Assembly: GCA_963662585.1 (NCBI GenBank)
Contig: OY759729.1
Coordinates: forward strand, 1,632,001 to 1,696,000
Reading direction: 5' to 3'
Source of the DNA: Candidatus Cloacimonadales bacterium
GTDB taxonomy: Bacteria > Cloacimonadota > Cloacimonadia > Cloacimonadales > JAFGVF01
Length of the DNA: 64,000 nucleotides
Shown: positions 42,325 through 53,348 of the stretch, piece by piece
How positions within the stretch are numbered: the stretch's first letter is position 1
How the letters are laid out: every line of letters starts with the position of its first letter
The notes under the pieces: generated by a model
Told to the model about the DNA's origin: nothing
Seen by the model: only the letters and a program-made list of their open reading frames with translations
Databases searched by the model: none
Translations under genes and position numbers: made by a program

Positions 42325-43161
42325 TTAATCCTTTATCTTTAACTCTTGGACTTGATATTTTGGTTGCCACTTAATTTCTACAAAGGCATCATAAATATGT
42401 CCATTGGGAAGTTTTCTTAAAACCACTGAATTACGAGTATTTCTCATCTTTTCAATAATTAAAGAAGCATCGATTTCAACAAATTTTTCAATATATTGAT
42501 GGCTACTAATAATTGCAGCTGTTACATGAGATTTAACACCTTTGATTAAGTTATAAACAGCTTCATTATAGGCATTATTGTAAGCTGTAGCTAAATCTAC
42601 AGCAGATGATTTCCCACAAGCAAATAAGCAGTTATCCTTATTAAAATAGGCATTCTCAAGATACCAAAGAGGCTCTCTGTTAGAGATTGAGTGAGATTTA
42701 TCTAAGTAAAAATCACAAGCATTCTCTCCTACTAAAGCAATTGTCATTCCTTTTATTTCAGATTTATCTAGTATTTTTGTATTAGTATAATATCTTTTAA
42801 GCTCAGGAATATCACTTGCTACTTGAAGTTTAAAGTCTGAAAGGATAGGGCTTACTGTTGATTGGTTTTCTTTCATTTTTAATTTTGCTATAACAATAGC
42901 TGACTTGTTTCTATTAGCAAAAACAGAAGCATTCGCTTTAATGGTAGAATCTGATACTTCAGGATTGTAGCTATTGGATGCTGCAATTCCTATGGCAATT
43001 CCTTCTTCTTGAGGCATATTCATAAACCAATTAGGCAACAATAATTCTTCAAATTTTTGGTTAGAAGAATCTAGTCCTAAGTTGTCATCATTAATAATTC
43101 CTTTTTGAGAGGAGCAGGAAATTAAAACAAGCATAAGAAAAAAAAGTGTAAAATTTTTCAT
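42325..43161 (-). CDS. Lipoprotein, LPP20-like
   Basis: Lipobox LISC; two P.W segments. Confidence 0.6.
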   Translation of the reverse strand: MKNFTLFFLMLVLISCSSQKGIINDDNLGLDSSNQKFEELLLPNWFMNMPQEEGIAIGIAASNSYNPEVSDSTIKANASVFANRNKSAIVIAKLKMKENQSTVSPILSDFKLQVASDIPELKRYYTNTKILDKSEIKGMTIALVGENACDFYLDKSHSISNREPLWYLENAYFNKDNCLFACGKSSAVDLATAYNNAYNEAVYNLIKGVKSHVTAAIISSHQYIEKFVEIDASLIIEKMRNTRNSVVLRKLPNGHIYDAFVEIKWQPKYQVQELKIKD

Positions 43162-43164
43162 TTG

Positions 43165-45000
43165 TTATCCTTTATGGTAATATTTTTTTAAATAGACTAA
43201 TAATGATGATACATCTGTGAAGTTAACTCCAGGAATCCTAGACATTTGACCTATATTGGTAGGTTTTATTTTAGCTAATTTTTCTCTAGCTTCATAAGCA
43301 ATAGAATCAATACTCATAAAGTCGATATCATCTGGAATTTTCTGATTTTGAACATTTTCAAATTTATCAATATCTGCTAATTGACGCTTTAAATAACCTT
43401 CATATTTACATTCTAAAGAAACTCTTTCTGCCACATCTTCAGGTATAGGTGTAGGGAATTTAAAACCAAACTTAGCTAAATCAGAGAAGGCTATATCAGG
43501 TCTTTTTAATAATTTTATAAACTTTATAGGTTCTTTTACACCATCTATTGCTAGGCAATTAGCATTACTAAGAGCTGTGATTACCTTTTCTTTTAATTCT
43601 TGATTTTGGGTGAATCTTCGCCAGCGTTCATCTGAAATTAATCCTAATTTATGTCCAAGAGGCATTAGCCTTTCATCAGCATTATCTTGTCTTAAGAAAA
43701 GACGATACTCAGCTCTTGAAGTGAACATTCTATATGGTTCATTAGTTCCTTTAGTAACTAAATCATCCAAGAGTACACCAATATATGACTTAGATCTATC
43801 AAAGTGTAAAGGATCACTTCCATTTAGGGAAAGTACAGCATTTATACCAGCTGCGATTCCTTGTGCTGCAGCTTCTTCATAACCTGAAGTTCCGTTGATC
43901 TGCCCAGCTAAATAGAGTCCTGAAATATTTTTAGTCTCCATAGTTGATTTAATAGCAGAAGGAATAACGAAATCATATTCAATGGCATAAGCATAACGAA
44001 TTAATTTAGCTTTTTCTAATCCTGAAATGGAATGAAGTACTTCGAGCTGAACATCAGGAGGAAGAGAATTACTAACTCCATTAACATAAGCTTCATAAGT
44101 ATCTGTTCCTTCGGGTTCAATAAAGACATGATGTTGATTTTTTTCAGAGAATTTAACAATTTTATCTTCTATAGAAGGACAGTAGCGAGGACCAATACCT
44201 GATATTTGCCCACCATAAAGTGCTGATTTCTGTAAGTTTTGCTGAATAATCTCATGAGTCCTAGGATTAGTATGGGTTAACCAACAATCTACTAGATTCT
44301 TAATTTTAATATCGCGATAGAAAGAGAATCCGGTTGGATTATCATCACCTGGCTGTATTTCTAATTTTGAATAATCTATGGTTCTTAGATCTATTCTTGC
44401 TGGAGTGCCTGTTTTGAATCGTGCTAAGTTAAGTCCTAATTTTGTTAGAGAAGCAGAGAGTTCATTAGAAGCAGGTTCACCTGAGCGTCCACCAGAATAT
44501 CGTTTGTGTCCTATATGGATTGTTCCTTTCAAGAAAGTACCATTAGCTAGAATAACTTTTGGAGCTTTATAAATATAACCAATATGGGATTTTACTCCAG
44601 TAACTCTATTTTGTGAATCAACGAAAATTTCAGAGATATTATCTTCTATAATCTGGATATTGGGTTGATTCTCAAGATGATTTCTCATTATTTTAGAGTA
44701 GAGATCACGATCATTTTGAGAACGAGGAGCCCACACAGCTGGACCTTTCTTCTTATTCAACATTCTAAATTGAATACCACTTAAGTCAGTAACATAGCCA
44801 ATTTCTCCACCCAGTGCATCAATTTCACGAGCTAAGTGGCCTTTAGCAGGACCTCCCACTGAGGGGTTACATGACATTCTACCAATACTCTCTAACTTTA
44901 TCACAAAAATCGCTGTATTTGCCCCCATTCTGGCAGCTGCAAAAGCAGCTTCTACACCTGCATGACCGGCACCTACAACAATTACATCGAAATTTTGCAT
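43165..45000 (-). CDS. mnmG: tRNA U34 modification enzyme MnmG
   Basis: GAGHAGVEAA, MSCNPSVGG, GPRYCPSIEDK, AGQINGTSGYEEAAAQG. Confidence 0.98.
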   Translation of the reverse strand: MQNFDVIVVGAGHAGVEAAFAAARMGANTAIFVIKLESIGRMSCNPSVGGPAKGHLAREIDALGGEIGYVTDLSGIQFRMLNKKKGPAVWAPRSQNDRDLYSKIMRNHLENQPNIQIIEDNISEIFVDSQNRVTGVKSHIGYIYKAPKVILANGTFLKGTIHIGHKRYSGGRSGEPASNELSASLTKLGLNLARFKTGTPARIDLRTIDYSKLEIQPGDDNPTGFSFYRDIKIKNLVDCWLTHTNPRTHEIIQQNLQKSALYGGQISGIGPRYCPSIEDKIVKFSEKNQHHVFIEPEGTDTYEAYVNGVSNSLPPDVQLEVLHSISGLEKAKLIRYAYAIEYDFVIPSAIKSTMETKNISGLYLAGQINGTSGYEEAAAQGIAAGINAVLSLNGSDPLHFDRSKSYIGVLLDDLVTKGTNEPYRMFTSRAEYRLFLRQDNADERLMPLGHKLGLISDERWRRFTQNQELKEKVITALSNANCLAIDGVKEPIKFIKLLKRPDIAFSDLAKFGFKFPTPIPEDVAERVSLECKYEGYLKRQLADIDKFENVQNQKIPDDIDFMSIDSIAYEAREKLAKIKPTNIGQMSRIPGVNFTDVSSLLVYLKKYYHKG

Positions 45001-45010
45001 GTTATTCCTT

Positions 45011-45619
45011 CTAAAATAATAATTTCTCAATCCAGTTGGTTACTTTATCAATTCCTACTTTTTTGATTGAAGAAAAGGGGATTACCTCAACAGTAGCTAA
45101 GTCAAACTCCTTTTTAATCCTAGCAATCTCTTTAGGAATAGTAGTCTTTTTTATTTTATCACACTTGGTAGCAATAAAGCAAAAAGGGATCTTAGATTCA
45201 ACTAATAAATCTTTCATTAACATATCTTTAGGGTCTGCTTTTCTTCTAATATCTACCAATAAAGCAATACCTTTAAGCTGATATCTTTCAGTAAAATAAG
45301 TAGAAATCATTCTTCTCCATGAATTACGCTCATCTTGAGAGACTTTTGCGAATCCATAGCCTGGTAAATCGCAAATGTTAAAGAAACCTGACTCTTCACT
45401 ATTATCAAGTTTTACTCTTATTTGAAAAGTATTCAGAAGACGAGTTTTACCTGGTTTACCAGATGTTTTTGCTAAAAGCTTACGATTTGTTATCGTATTT
45501 ATCAGAGTAGATTTACCTACATTTGATCTACCTGCAAAAGCTATTTCACCAAAGACAGTTTCAGGGTAATCTTTAGGATAAACAGCACTCTTTACAAATT
45601 GGGATTCAACAATTCTCAT
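45011..45619 (-). CDS. engB: GTP-binding protein YihA/EngB
   Basis: GRSNVGKS, PGKT, DLPGYG, TKCD. Confidence 0.95.
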   Translation of the reverse strand: MRIVESQFVKSAVYPKDYPETVFGEIAFAGRSNVGKSTLINTITNRKLLAKTSGKPGKTRLLNTFQIRVKLDNSEESGFFNICDLPGYGFAKVSQDERNSWRRMISTYFTERYQLKGIALLVDIRRKADPKDMLMKDLLVESKIPFCFIATKCDKIKKTTIPKEIARIKKEFDLATVEVIPFSSIKKVGIDKVTNWIEKLLF

Positions 45620-45621
45620 AG

Positions 45622-45990
45622 TTATTCTGAGTAAATTAATGAAGATTTCTCGGATTCCCAAACTTCAATTTCATGAACACTACAGCCTTCAATATTTACC
45701 ATACCTTTAAGTTTAGTATAAAGATATTTAGCAATATTTTCTGAGGTTGGATTAATCTCAGTAAAGGGTTCAATAGTGTTTAAGTGTTTGTGGTCAAGTT
45801 CTTCCATTAAAATATCTAACCACTTCTTAGCTACTGTAAAATCTACAGCCATACCTAATTCATCGATCGTCTCGCAGTTTAAACAAATTCTTACCTTCCA
45901 GTTATGACCGTGAATATTCTTACACAATCCAGGATACTCTCTAAGGTTATGAGCAGCTGAAAAGTGAGAAGTTACATTTATTTTATACAT
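45622..45990 (-). CDS. queD: 6-carboxytetrahydropterin synthase
   Basis: FSAAH, CKNIHGHNW, LDHKHLN, PTSENIA. Confidence 0.93.
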   Translation of the reverse strand: MYKINVTSHFSAAHNLREYPGLCKNIHGHNWKVRICLNCETIDELGMAVDFTVAKKWLDILMEELDHKHLNTIEPFTEINPTSENIAKYLYTKLKGMVNIEGCSVHEIEVWESEKSSLIYSE

Positions 45991-46146
45991 ATATTATCTC
46001 CTCTATAAAATTTTAATTATAAGTAAATTACATAATACTAAACATAGCTCTTGTGTCAATACAAAAGTGAGCTGGCCAAAGAGAGCTGAAAAAGAGGGAA
46101 AGTACTTACTCTCCCTCTTATAAAGCTTTGTCAGAAATTTGCTTAT

Positions 46147-47439
46147 TTATTCCATACTTAAGATAAATCTAGCTATATCAGCAACTACTTCTTCAGAGAC
46201 AAAACCAGGTTTCAAGTACTCTTGAGGTTTAGATTGACCTTCTCCTGTCATGAAAAGATGATTAAGGTCAGCATAAGATTGGAATTTCCAGTTACTTGAT
46301 TTTCCAAAACTAGTTTTCCAAATATTAAAGTCTTCCATGGTTACTTGATAATCTCTTTCTCCTTGAAGAACTAACATTGGCTCTGTAACAGCTTTGGCCT
46401 CATTAAGTAGTTCATATTTGTTAAGAGAAAGCCAATACGCTTTAGATAAACCTAAAAGAAGTGGTTCCTCAACTTTGGATTTCATCTTCGTAATTTTCTT
46501 AACTTCAGCTACACCTTTTTTGGTTAGGGCTAAACTTAACTGATTAATATCTCCGGTTTGAGCCATAATGTATTCGGTTTGTTCCAAGACTAAGTCTTCC
46601 AATGGTCTAGCATTAGCAGCTAACATCACCCCAGCTTTAAGTTCAGTGTTTGTATTCATAATTCTAGGAGCCATAAAAGCACCCATACTATGGCCTAGGA
46701 AATAGAGATTTCTACCCTGATATTTTTCGGAAAGGAAATTAATAGCTGCATCAATTTCTTCTGTATATTCATTATCAATATCAAAATTTGGCAGGTCGGC
46801 AAGAAGGCTTGCATGAGTTAATGTCCTTTTGTCATAGCGTAAAGTTGCAACACCTAAAGTAGCAAGTCCCTGGGCTAAATTCTTAAATGGTCTATTAGCA
46901 CCAATTTTCTCATCTCTATCGTTTGGACCTGAACCTGTAGCCATAATAACTATGGGAAAACTTCTTTGATTTTTGGGAATAATTAAAGTACCATACATTT
47001 TATAGCCTTGGCAATCAAACTCTACCTCTTCTGCAATAAACTGTGTACTATCAACATAAGCAGGAATCTGTTCTAAATCACCTGTATATTGGGAAGGACG
47101 GAAGAAAAGTCCTGATATTTGTTCATCCTTATTGGCTGTCATAACCATATCCATATAGACATTTTCAAATTTGAGTGTAGATACTACTGAATAGAAATCT
47201 TCTCGATCTTCTCTTTTGCTTTCAACAACCACTTCAAAATCACCTGTATTACGAATAAGTCCTTTCCAAACAAATTCTAGTTTTCCTTTTTGAAGTGCCT
47301 CTGCTAGTTCAGGACTGTAATATCCTTCAGCTTTTTCAAATTTAGCTGAAGTAATTGCTTCTACAAAGTCATCAGTTACATCAGCAGATAAGAAAGTTAT
47401 TCCACTAAGAAGTAATGCCAAGATTATTAATATTTTCAT
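46147..47439 (-). CDS. Secreted alpha/beta hydrolase with DUF3887-like N-terminal domain
   Basis: Signal peptide; GSGPNDRD, GHSMG, QGERDYQV, LNHLF. Confidence 0.88.
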   Translation of the reverse strand: MKILIILALLLSGITFLSADVTDDFVEAITSAKFEKAEGYYSPELAEALQKGKLEFVWKGLIRNTGDFEVVVESKREDREDFYSVVSTLKFENVYMDMVMTANKDEQISGLFFRPSQYTGDLEQIPAYVDSTQFIAEEVEFDCQGYKMYGTLIIPKNQRSFPIVIMATGSGPNDRDEKIGANRPFKNLAQGLATLGVATLRYDKRTLTHASLLADLPNFDIDNEYTEEIDAAINFLSEKYQGRNLYFLGHSMGAFMAPRIMNTNTELKAGVMLAANARPLEDLVLEQTEYIMAQTGDINQLSLALTKKGVAEVKKITKMKSKVEEPLLLGLSKAYWLSLNKYELLNEAKAVTEPMLVLQGERDYQVTMEDFNIWKTSFGKSSNWKFQSYADLNHLFMTGEGQSKPQEYLKPGFVSEEVVADIARFILSME

Positions 47440-47610
47440 TGTTTTTTCCTTTTATCTTTCATAGTTTAAAGCGATGTTTAACATTAAAATAATTTTACTA
47501 ATTCTGTCAATTTATAGTATTTACAAAGCAGTTAGCTTAAGGGCTTTATGATAAAAAGAATCCCCCTAAAGAGGGGGACATAAAGCTTTATTTCATTTAT
47601 TTAAGCAAGA

Positions 47611-49044
47611 TTACACATTATAATATAAAGCCATTTCCATAGGGTGAGGTCTATTATTAACTTCAGTAATCTCTTTGCGTTTAAGAGCGATAAATGAATC
47701 TATAAGTTCTTTATTGAATACATCTCCAGCTAAAAGATATTCATGATCTTCTTCTAAAGCCTTTAAAGCACCTTCTAGGTTTTCTGGAACTGATTCAATA
47801 GTAGCTTTTTTATCTTCAGACCAATTGAAAACATTATCATCGAATGGTCCAAAGTTATATCCTTTACCATCTAATTTCTTGTTAATTCCATCGAGTCCAG
47901 CAAGTAATAAAGCAGACATAGCAAGGTATGGATTACAGGTTGCATCACCTGTACGATACTCGAATCTCTTAGTCTCTTCAGTAGTAGCATATTTAGGGAT
48001 TCTGATAGCAGCAGATCTATTTGCTAAGCCAAAGAAAAGCTTAGTTGGAGCTTCGAAACCTGGTAATAATCTCTTATAAGAGTTAGTACTTGGATTTGTA
48101 AGAGCAGCAAGAGAGCGACCGTGTAAAAGGATACCTCTCATAAACCAGATAGCTTCATCAGAAAGGTCAGCATAGCCACCTTTATTCCAGAAGATATTTT
48201 TGCCATTCTTTTTAAGCATCATGTGGAAGTGCATTCCGTTACCAGCTTCGTTATAAACAGGTTTAGGCATGAAAGTTGCAGTTAATCCATTCTCTAAAGA
48301 AACTCTTCTAATGATATCTTTAATCACTTTTGTATCATCACAAGCTTTTGGGAAAGCTAATAATTCAGTTTCAATCTCTTGTTGAGAAGAGAGTCCCACT
48401 TCATGGTGATTATATCTAACATCGATATTAAGACTTTCAATAATTTCACACATTTGTAGGCGAAGACCATAGAATCTATCATGAGGGTTATCCATATGAT
48501 AACCTTTAGTGTGAGATTGGGCTAAGCCGTTATAATCAGAACAATCTTTAGGGAAACATTGTTTATCTTCGGATGAGGATATTTCGCAACTAACATTGAA
48601 GTTAGAATTACTATATTTAATATCATCAAAAATGTGGAATTCAAATTCAGGAATCCAGTATGCTGTATCAGCAATACCAGTTGATTCTAAGTACTTCTGA
48701 GCTCTTAAAGCAACACTTCTTGGGTCTTTTTTAACACCAATTCTTGTGTCTGCATCGCAGATTGAGCAGATAATTCTAAGCACTTTGCCATCAAATTCAT
48801 AGTCTTGAATAGGATCGATATGAGCTGTTGAGAGGTCTGGCATAAGAACCATATCACCTGATTCAACTGCTTTCATTCCGGGGATACTTGAACCATCAAA
48901 AGGAACACCTAATTCTATAACATTCTCTAATCTAGCTGCAGGGAAGGATATATGATACCATTTTCCTTCTAAACCAGCGTATTTTAAATCTACTGCTTTG
49001 ATTTCTTTAGAATCAATCATCTCTTGAATTTTTTTTAAATCCAT
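47611..49044 (-). CDS. glnA: Glutamine synthetase type I
   Basis: FDGSSI, HHEV, TFMPKP, GNGMHFH, NSYKRLLPGFEAP, NRSAAIRIP. Confidence 0.96.
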   Translation of the reverse strand: MDLKKIQEMIDSKEIKAVDLKYAGLEGKWYHISFPAARLENVIELGVPFDGSSIPGMKAVESGDMVLMPDLSTAHIDPIQDYEFDGKVLRIICSICDADTRIGVKKDPRSVALRAQKYLESTGIADTAYWIPEFEFHIFDDIKYSNSNFNVSCEISSSEDKQCFPKDCSDYNGLAQSHTKGYHMDNPHDRFYGLRLQMCEIIESLNIDVRYNHHEVGLSSQQEIETELLAFPKACDDTKVIKDIIRRVSLENGLTATFMPKPVYNEAGNGMHFHMMLKKNGKNIFWNKGGYADLSDEAIWFMRGILLHGRSLAALTNPSTNSYKRLLPGFEAPTKLFFGLANRSAAIRIPKYATTEETKRFEYRTGDATCNPYLAMSALLLAGLDGINKKLDGKGYNFGPFDDNVFNWSEDKKATIESVPENLEGALKALEEDHEYLLAGDVFNKELIDSFIALKRKEITEVNNRPHPMEMALYYNV

Positions 49045-49113
49045 TTTTTCTCCTCAGAATTACCGAAATAATTCCTTTATCTTTATTTTTTTATTTTACT
49101 TTTTATTGCTCAA

Positions 49114-49776
49114 TTATATTAAGGCATTTATCAACTGGGCAAAAAATCCCCAGACAATTTGGAAAGGTTTATTAATTATTAAACCGATAATTGAGACATT
49201 CATAACAGAACCTAATACTAAAGCACCAAGAATTATATACATACCATAGCGTTCTAACTTGGAGTATTTAAGGTAACTTTCATCAGAAAGAAAAGCTCCA
49301 ACTATCCTAGAACCATCTAATGGTGGTACAGGAATTAAGTTAAATAGAGCAAGAAAGATGTTAACCTGCATAGTTAATTTGAGAACATCAAAGACTCTTA
49401 CTGAAGCACTTAGGCCTGATTTAGCCAAGATAACATATACTATTGCTAAAATAAAAGTAATAGCAAAATTGGCTAAGGGACCAGCAGCACCAGTTATTCC
49501 CATCCCTTTTTTATAATCTTTAAAGTTATAGGGATTGATAGGAACTGGTTTAGCATATCCGAAAGCGAATCCAGCTGTCATGAATAGTATTATTGGTAAA
49601 AGAATAGTACCAAAAATATCTACATGATTAAGTGGGTTAAGTGATAGTCTTCCGGATCTTTTAGCTGTATCATCACCTAATAAATATGCTGCGTAGCCAT
49701 GACTAATCTCGTGAATAACAATAGACATAAAGATGAAGAAAAAAGCTAACACTTGGGTTGTAAAATCTAAATTCAT
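49114..49776 (-). CDS. Site-2 protease (M50 family)
   Basis: HEISHG, AGPLAN, FNLIPVPPLDG. Confidence 0.93.
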   Translation of the reverse strand: MNLDFTTQVLAFFFIFMSIVIHEISHGYAAYLLGDDTAKRSGRLSLNPLNHVDIFGTILLPIILFMTAGFAFGYAKPVPINPYNFKDYKKGMGITGAAGPLANFAITFILAIVYVILAKSGLSASVRVFDVLKLTMQVNIFLALFNLIPVPPLDGSRIVGAFLSDESYLKYSKLERYGMYIILGALVLGSVMNVSIIGLIINKPFQIVWGFFAQLINALI

Positions 49777-49793
49777 AATTTAACCCTACTTTT

Positions 49794-50996
49794 CTATTTT
49801 TTGGTTATTTTGGCAAATCTGCGTTTTCCTACTTTAATTACTAACTCTTCGGCAAGGTCAATTTCTAAGTCAGGATCTGTAATTTTTTCGTTATTGATAG
49901 ATACTGCATTTTGCTTAAGCATTCTTTTAGCTTCACCATTGCTTTGGCATAACTTAGTATCTGTAAGAAGTTTAATAATCCATACTTTATCTTCACTGAA
50001 ACTAAACTCTTCAATATCATCAGGAATATTACCCTTAGCAAAAACAGAATTAAAGGCTTCTTCTTCTGCTTGTCCTGCTTCTGCCCCGTGATAAATTGTT
50101 ACAAGTTCACGAGCTAATAGCTGTTTTAAAATTTTAGGGTTTTCACCTGCTTTTAATCTATCTTCAACAGATTTAATCTCTTCGTCGGAGTAGTTTGTAG
50201 CATAAGTGAAGTAATTGATTATCAAATTATCTGGAATAGACATAACTTTTCCATACTTGTCTTTAGGGCTATCAAAGACAGCAATATAATTATTGAGTGA
50301 TTTCCCCATCTTATTTACGCCGTCAGTTCCCATTAAAATAGGAGACATAATAGCCACTTGCTCTTCTTGGTTATGGTAGCGTTGCATATCTCTACCAGCA
50401 AGTAAGTTGAACTTCTGTTCGGTTGCACCTAATTCAATATCAGATTCTATTGCTACTGAATCATAGCCTTGTAAAATCGGATACATAATCTCATGCATTC
50501 CTAAAGGAAGTCCCTTTTCATATCTTTTACGAAAAGTATCATGAGCTAGGAATTGAGCTAAAGTAAATTTGCCCATTAGTCTTATAACATCAGCCATGCC
50601 CATATCACCGAACCATTCTGATTGAAATCTAACTTCTGTTTTATCTTTATCCAAGACTGTATAGAGCTGATCCATATATTTTTCACAGTTTATCATTATT
50701 TGTTCTTTAGTTAAAGGAGGACGAGTTTCGTTTTTACCAGTAGGGTCTCCAATTTGAGCAGTGAAATCACCAATAATGATTACTCCTATATGTCCTAAAT
50801 CCTGAAATTGTCTCATTTTTTTAATTGGAACTAAATGACCAATATGTACTTCAGATCCAGTTGGGTCTATGCCATATTTTATTCTCAGAGGTTTACCTGT
50901 CTTGGCTGATTTCTTTAATTTTGCCACTAATTGCTCTTCAGGAACTATTTCCTCAACACCTTTTTTTAGCAATTTTGTTTGTTCTTCTATTGTCAT
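49794..50996 (-). CDS. tyrS: Tyrosine--tRNA ligase
   Basis: GIDPT...HIGH, YPILQGYD, KMGKS, C-terminal S4 domain VGKRRF. Confidence 0.97.
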   Translation of the reverse strand: MTIEEQTKLLKKGVEEIVPEEQLVAKLKKSAKTGKPLRIKYGIDPTGSEVHIGHLVPIKKMRQFQDLGHIGVIIIGDFTAQIGDPTGKNETRPPLTKEQIMINCEKYMDQLYTVLDKDKTEVRFQSEWFGDMGMADVIRLMGKFTLAQFLAHDTFRKRYEKGLPLGMHEIMYPILQGYDSVAIESDIELGATEQKFNLLAGRDMQRYHNQEEQVAIMSPILMGTDGVNKMGKSLNNYIAVFDSPKDKYGKVMSIPDNLIINYFTYATNYSDEEIKSVEDRLKAGENPKILKQLLARELVTIYHGAEAGQAEEEAFNSVFAKGNIPDDIEEFSFSEDKVWIIKLLTDTKLCQSNGEAKRMLKQNAVSINNEKITDPDLEIDLAEELVIKVGKRRFAKITKK

Positions 50997-51179
50997 TTTA
51001 TTTACCTCTTTTTCTTATCTAAGATATTGCGATATTTTACTAACTGCATCATTTAAAAAGCCTTTTTTTAAGTCAAGGGAAAAGTGATATTTTGCTATAG
51101 ATAGAGAGCTTGATACTTGATAAAAGTAGTTAGTGTGAAATTAGGCTTGATTTTGTAAAATAAAAAGGTAGTTTTATAC

Positions 51180-53290
51180 ATCGAGTAGGGTGGTGCGTTA
51201 GCACCATCCCTCTCACAGAACCGTGCGTACGGGACTCGTACACGGCTCCTGATAAACCTTGTAATTATTCATAATAATTAAATAAAACACTTGTAGGTTT
51301 CGATAGTAAGTCATATAGCCCTAATTGCTCAAACCATTCATTAGGTAAAGCTCTATGAATATGATAACAACCAGAATTCTTCCAATGTGTCATAGATATT
51401 TTCGGAAAATCACTTTTATGCCCAACTCTTCTAAGTTGTTGGTGAAAAGCTTTCCAACTTTTCCATTCCCGCATTTTCTTCATTCTTAGTCGCCGCCTTA
51501 TCCATGATAATAGAGACTGAAAGACTCCTTTGCAATTTGCCACCCTAAAGTAATTCGACCAACCTCTCAATATCGGATTAAGTCTTTTAATCATTGTCTG
51601 GACATTAATTCCGCTATTCCGTGGAGTCAGTGACCGAATCTTATCTTTGAACGCTTTTACTCTTTTATCCTCTATCTTTACATATGATTCATGTATTTCG
51701 AAGCCAAGATACTTGACTCCTTTAAATACACTCGCAATATGTGTCTTTTCTTCATTTACGATGAGATAAATTGAGTTTAGATATTCTACCGCAATTCGTT
51801 GATATTGTTCTGCTTTTTTCTTAGTCTTAGCAAAAAGTAAAATGTCATCAGCATAGCGTACTATCTCGATTCCTCGACTTTTCATTTCTTGGTCAAAACT
51901 ATCAAGATATATGTTCATAAGAAGTGGAGAGATTACCCCTCCTTGTGGACTTCCTACTTCAGTTTCGCTATACTTCCCTTCTTGCATAACACCAGACTTT
52001 AAGATTTTCTCTATCAACTTTAATAATGTTCCGTCACTTATTTTCCTATTTAATGATTGCATTATGAATTTATGATTTAATGTATCAAAACATTTTGATA
52101 AATCCATATCCACTACAAAAGGAAGCTCTTCCTGAACCATTAATATATGTGCTTTAGCCACTGCCTTTTGACAACTTTTGTTGGGACGGTAGCCATAGCT
52201 TTGTGGATGAAAATCAGGTTCAAAAATTGGTTGGATGATGTTATTTATTGCCTGCTGTACGATTCTATCTTTTACAGTAGGTATTCCTAATGGCCTCATC
52301 TTACCATTTCCTTTAGGTATCTCTACCCGTTTCACAGGTGATGGGATATACTTCCCACTTTTCAATTCTAAATGAATCTGCTCTAAGTTCTCTTGTAGAG
52401 TCTCACCAAACTTAGATATAGTAATATTATCTATACCTTCTGCACCTCTATTTTTCTTTACCTTTAGGAAAGATTCATAGAGATTACCTTTTGAGTAAAC
52501 TTTATCAATTAAACTGTACCACTTTTTCATTTAGTTTCTCCTTTTTCACAATAAACAATGTTTAAATTATACTTTCAAATGACAGTTAATTCAATGAAGA
52601 CCTTCGAAGTTTTTAGCATAAAGCAATCTATCAAAGATTTTATAGGTTTTGACTATTATCCTTTTTTTAACTTCATCTACTCAGTCTCGTAAGGTCATGA
52701 TAGAAAGAAGGTACTCACCACCGTCTATCCGAGCCTTGAATCTTTCGATTCTCTTCGTTTCCTACTTTTAAGAAAATATCTCTTTAATTATGTTTATTCT
52801 TTGGTTTATCTTCATCCCTTCACATGAGATATTTCCTTTTGAAAAATATCCCCCAATATTACTAAGAATATTGTCCCCTCTGTTTTATCCTCCAGTCTGT
52901 CACCAGCTTTCATAGGCAAAGGGTTAGTCACTACTACGGAATCATCTGCCACCTGCTTATGCTTAATACAACTCTTGCCTTTCAGCTTGTAGTCATAGTT
53001 ACTCTATTAGAGACATTAACAGGCTTCCCCAGTTAAGCTATCCTGCCTGAATGTAAATCCATCTGTTGTAATCCATGTAATCGACTGACTTTTGGGCGTT
53101 CTCACTTTTCGAAGAGTTACCCACTACATGAACCAAAATCAGTTTACTTTCGCTATGTTCCACATTCTTCCTGCGTCTTACTTCAGACCCTGCCGTTGCC
53201 AGCAACGCCCTTGACCTCAGATTGACTTCCTGTCAGTTGGGTGTCAGGACTTCTTTCAGTCCATCGGCTCAGATAACATTCTGGGCAAAC
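51180..53290 (-). mobile_element. Group II intron, class C-like
   Basis: 5' end GTTTGCCCAGAATG; domain V GAGCCGTGTACGAGTCCCGTACGCACGGTTC; domain VI ending CCCTACTCGAT; sits immediately after a terminator. Confidence 0.9.
51265..52530 (-). CDS. ltrA: Group II intron reverse transcriptase/maturase, no endonuclease domain
   Basis: RPLGIPTVKDR, GSPQGGVISP, RYADD, LNPILRGWSNYF. Confidence 0.95.
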   Translation of the reverse strand: MKKWYSLIDKVYSKGNLYESFLKVKKNRGAEGIDNITISKFGETLQENLEQIHLELKSGKYIPSPVKRVEIPKGNGKMRPLGIPTVKDRIVQQAINNIIQPIFEPDFHPQSYGYRPNKSCQKAVAKAHILMVQEELPFVVDMDLSKCFDTLNHKFIMQSLNRKISDGTLLKLIEKILKSGVMQEGKYSETEVGSPQGGVISPLLMNIYLDSFDQEMKSRGIEIVRYADDILLFAKTKKKAEQYQRIAVEYLNSIYLIVNEEKTHIASVFKGVKYLGFEIHESYVKIEDKRVKAFKDKIRSLTPRNSGINVQTMIKRLNPILRGWSNYFRVANCKGVFQSLLSWIRRRLRMKKMREWKSWKAFHQQLRRVGHKSDFPKISMTHWKNSGCYHIHRALPNEWFEQLGLYDLLSKPTSVLFNYYE

Positions 53291-53322
53291 GAAAACAAGG
53301 TAAGCCCTAAGACTTACCTTGT
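53291..53322 (-). terminator. Rho-independent terminator and intron target
   Basis: ACAAGGTAAG-tcttaggg-CTTACCTTGT-TTTC on the minus strand. Confidence 0.85.
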
Positions 53323-53348
53323 AGTTTTTTTTCCACAAAAGGGAAATT

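Noticed and set aside
51265..52530. DGR, retron or defence reverse transcriptase
   Set aside because: It lies inside a complete group II intron with domains V and VI; no template/variable repeat pair seen
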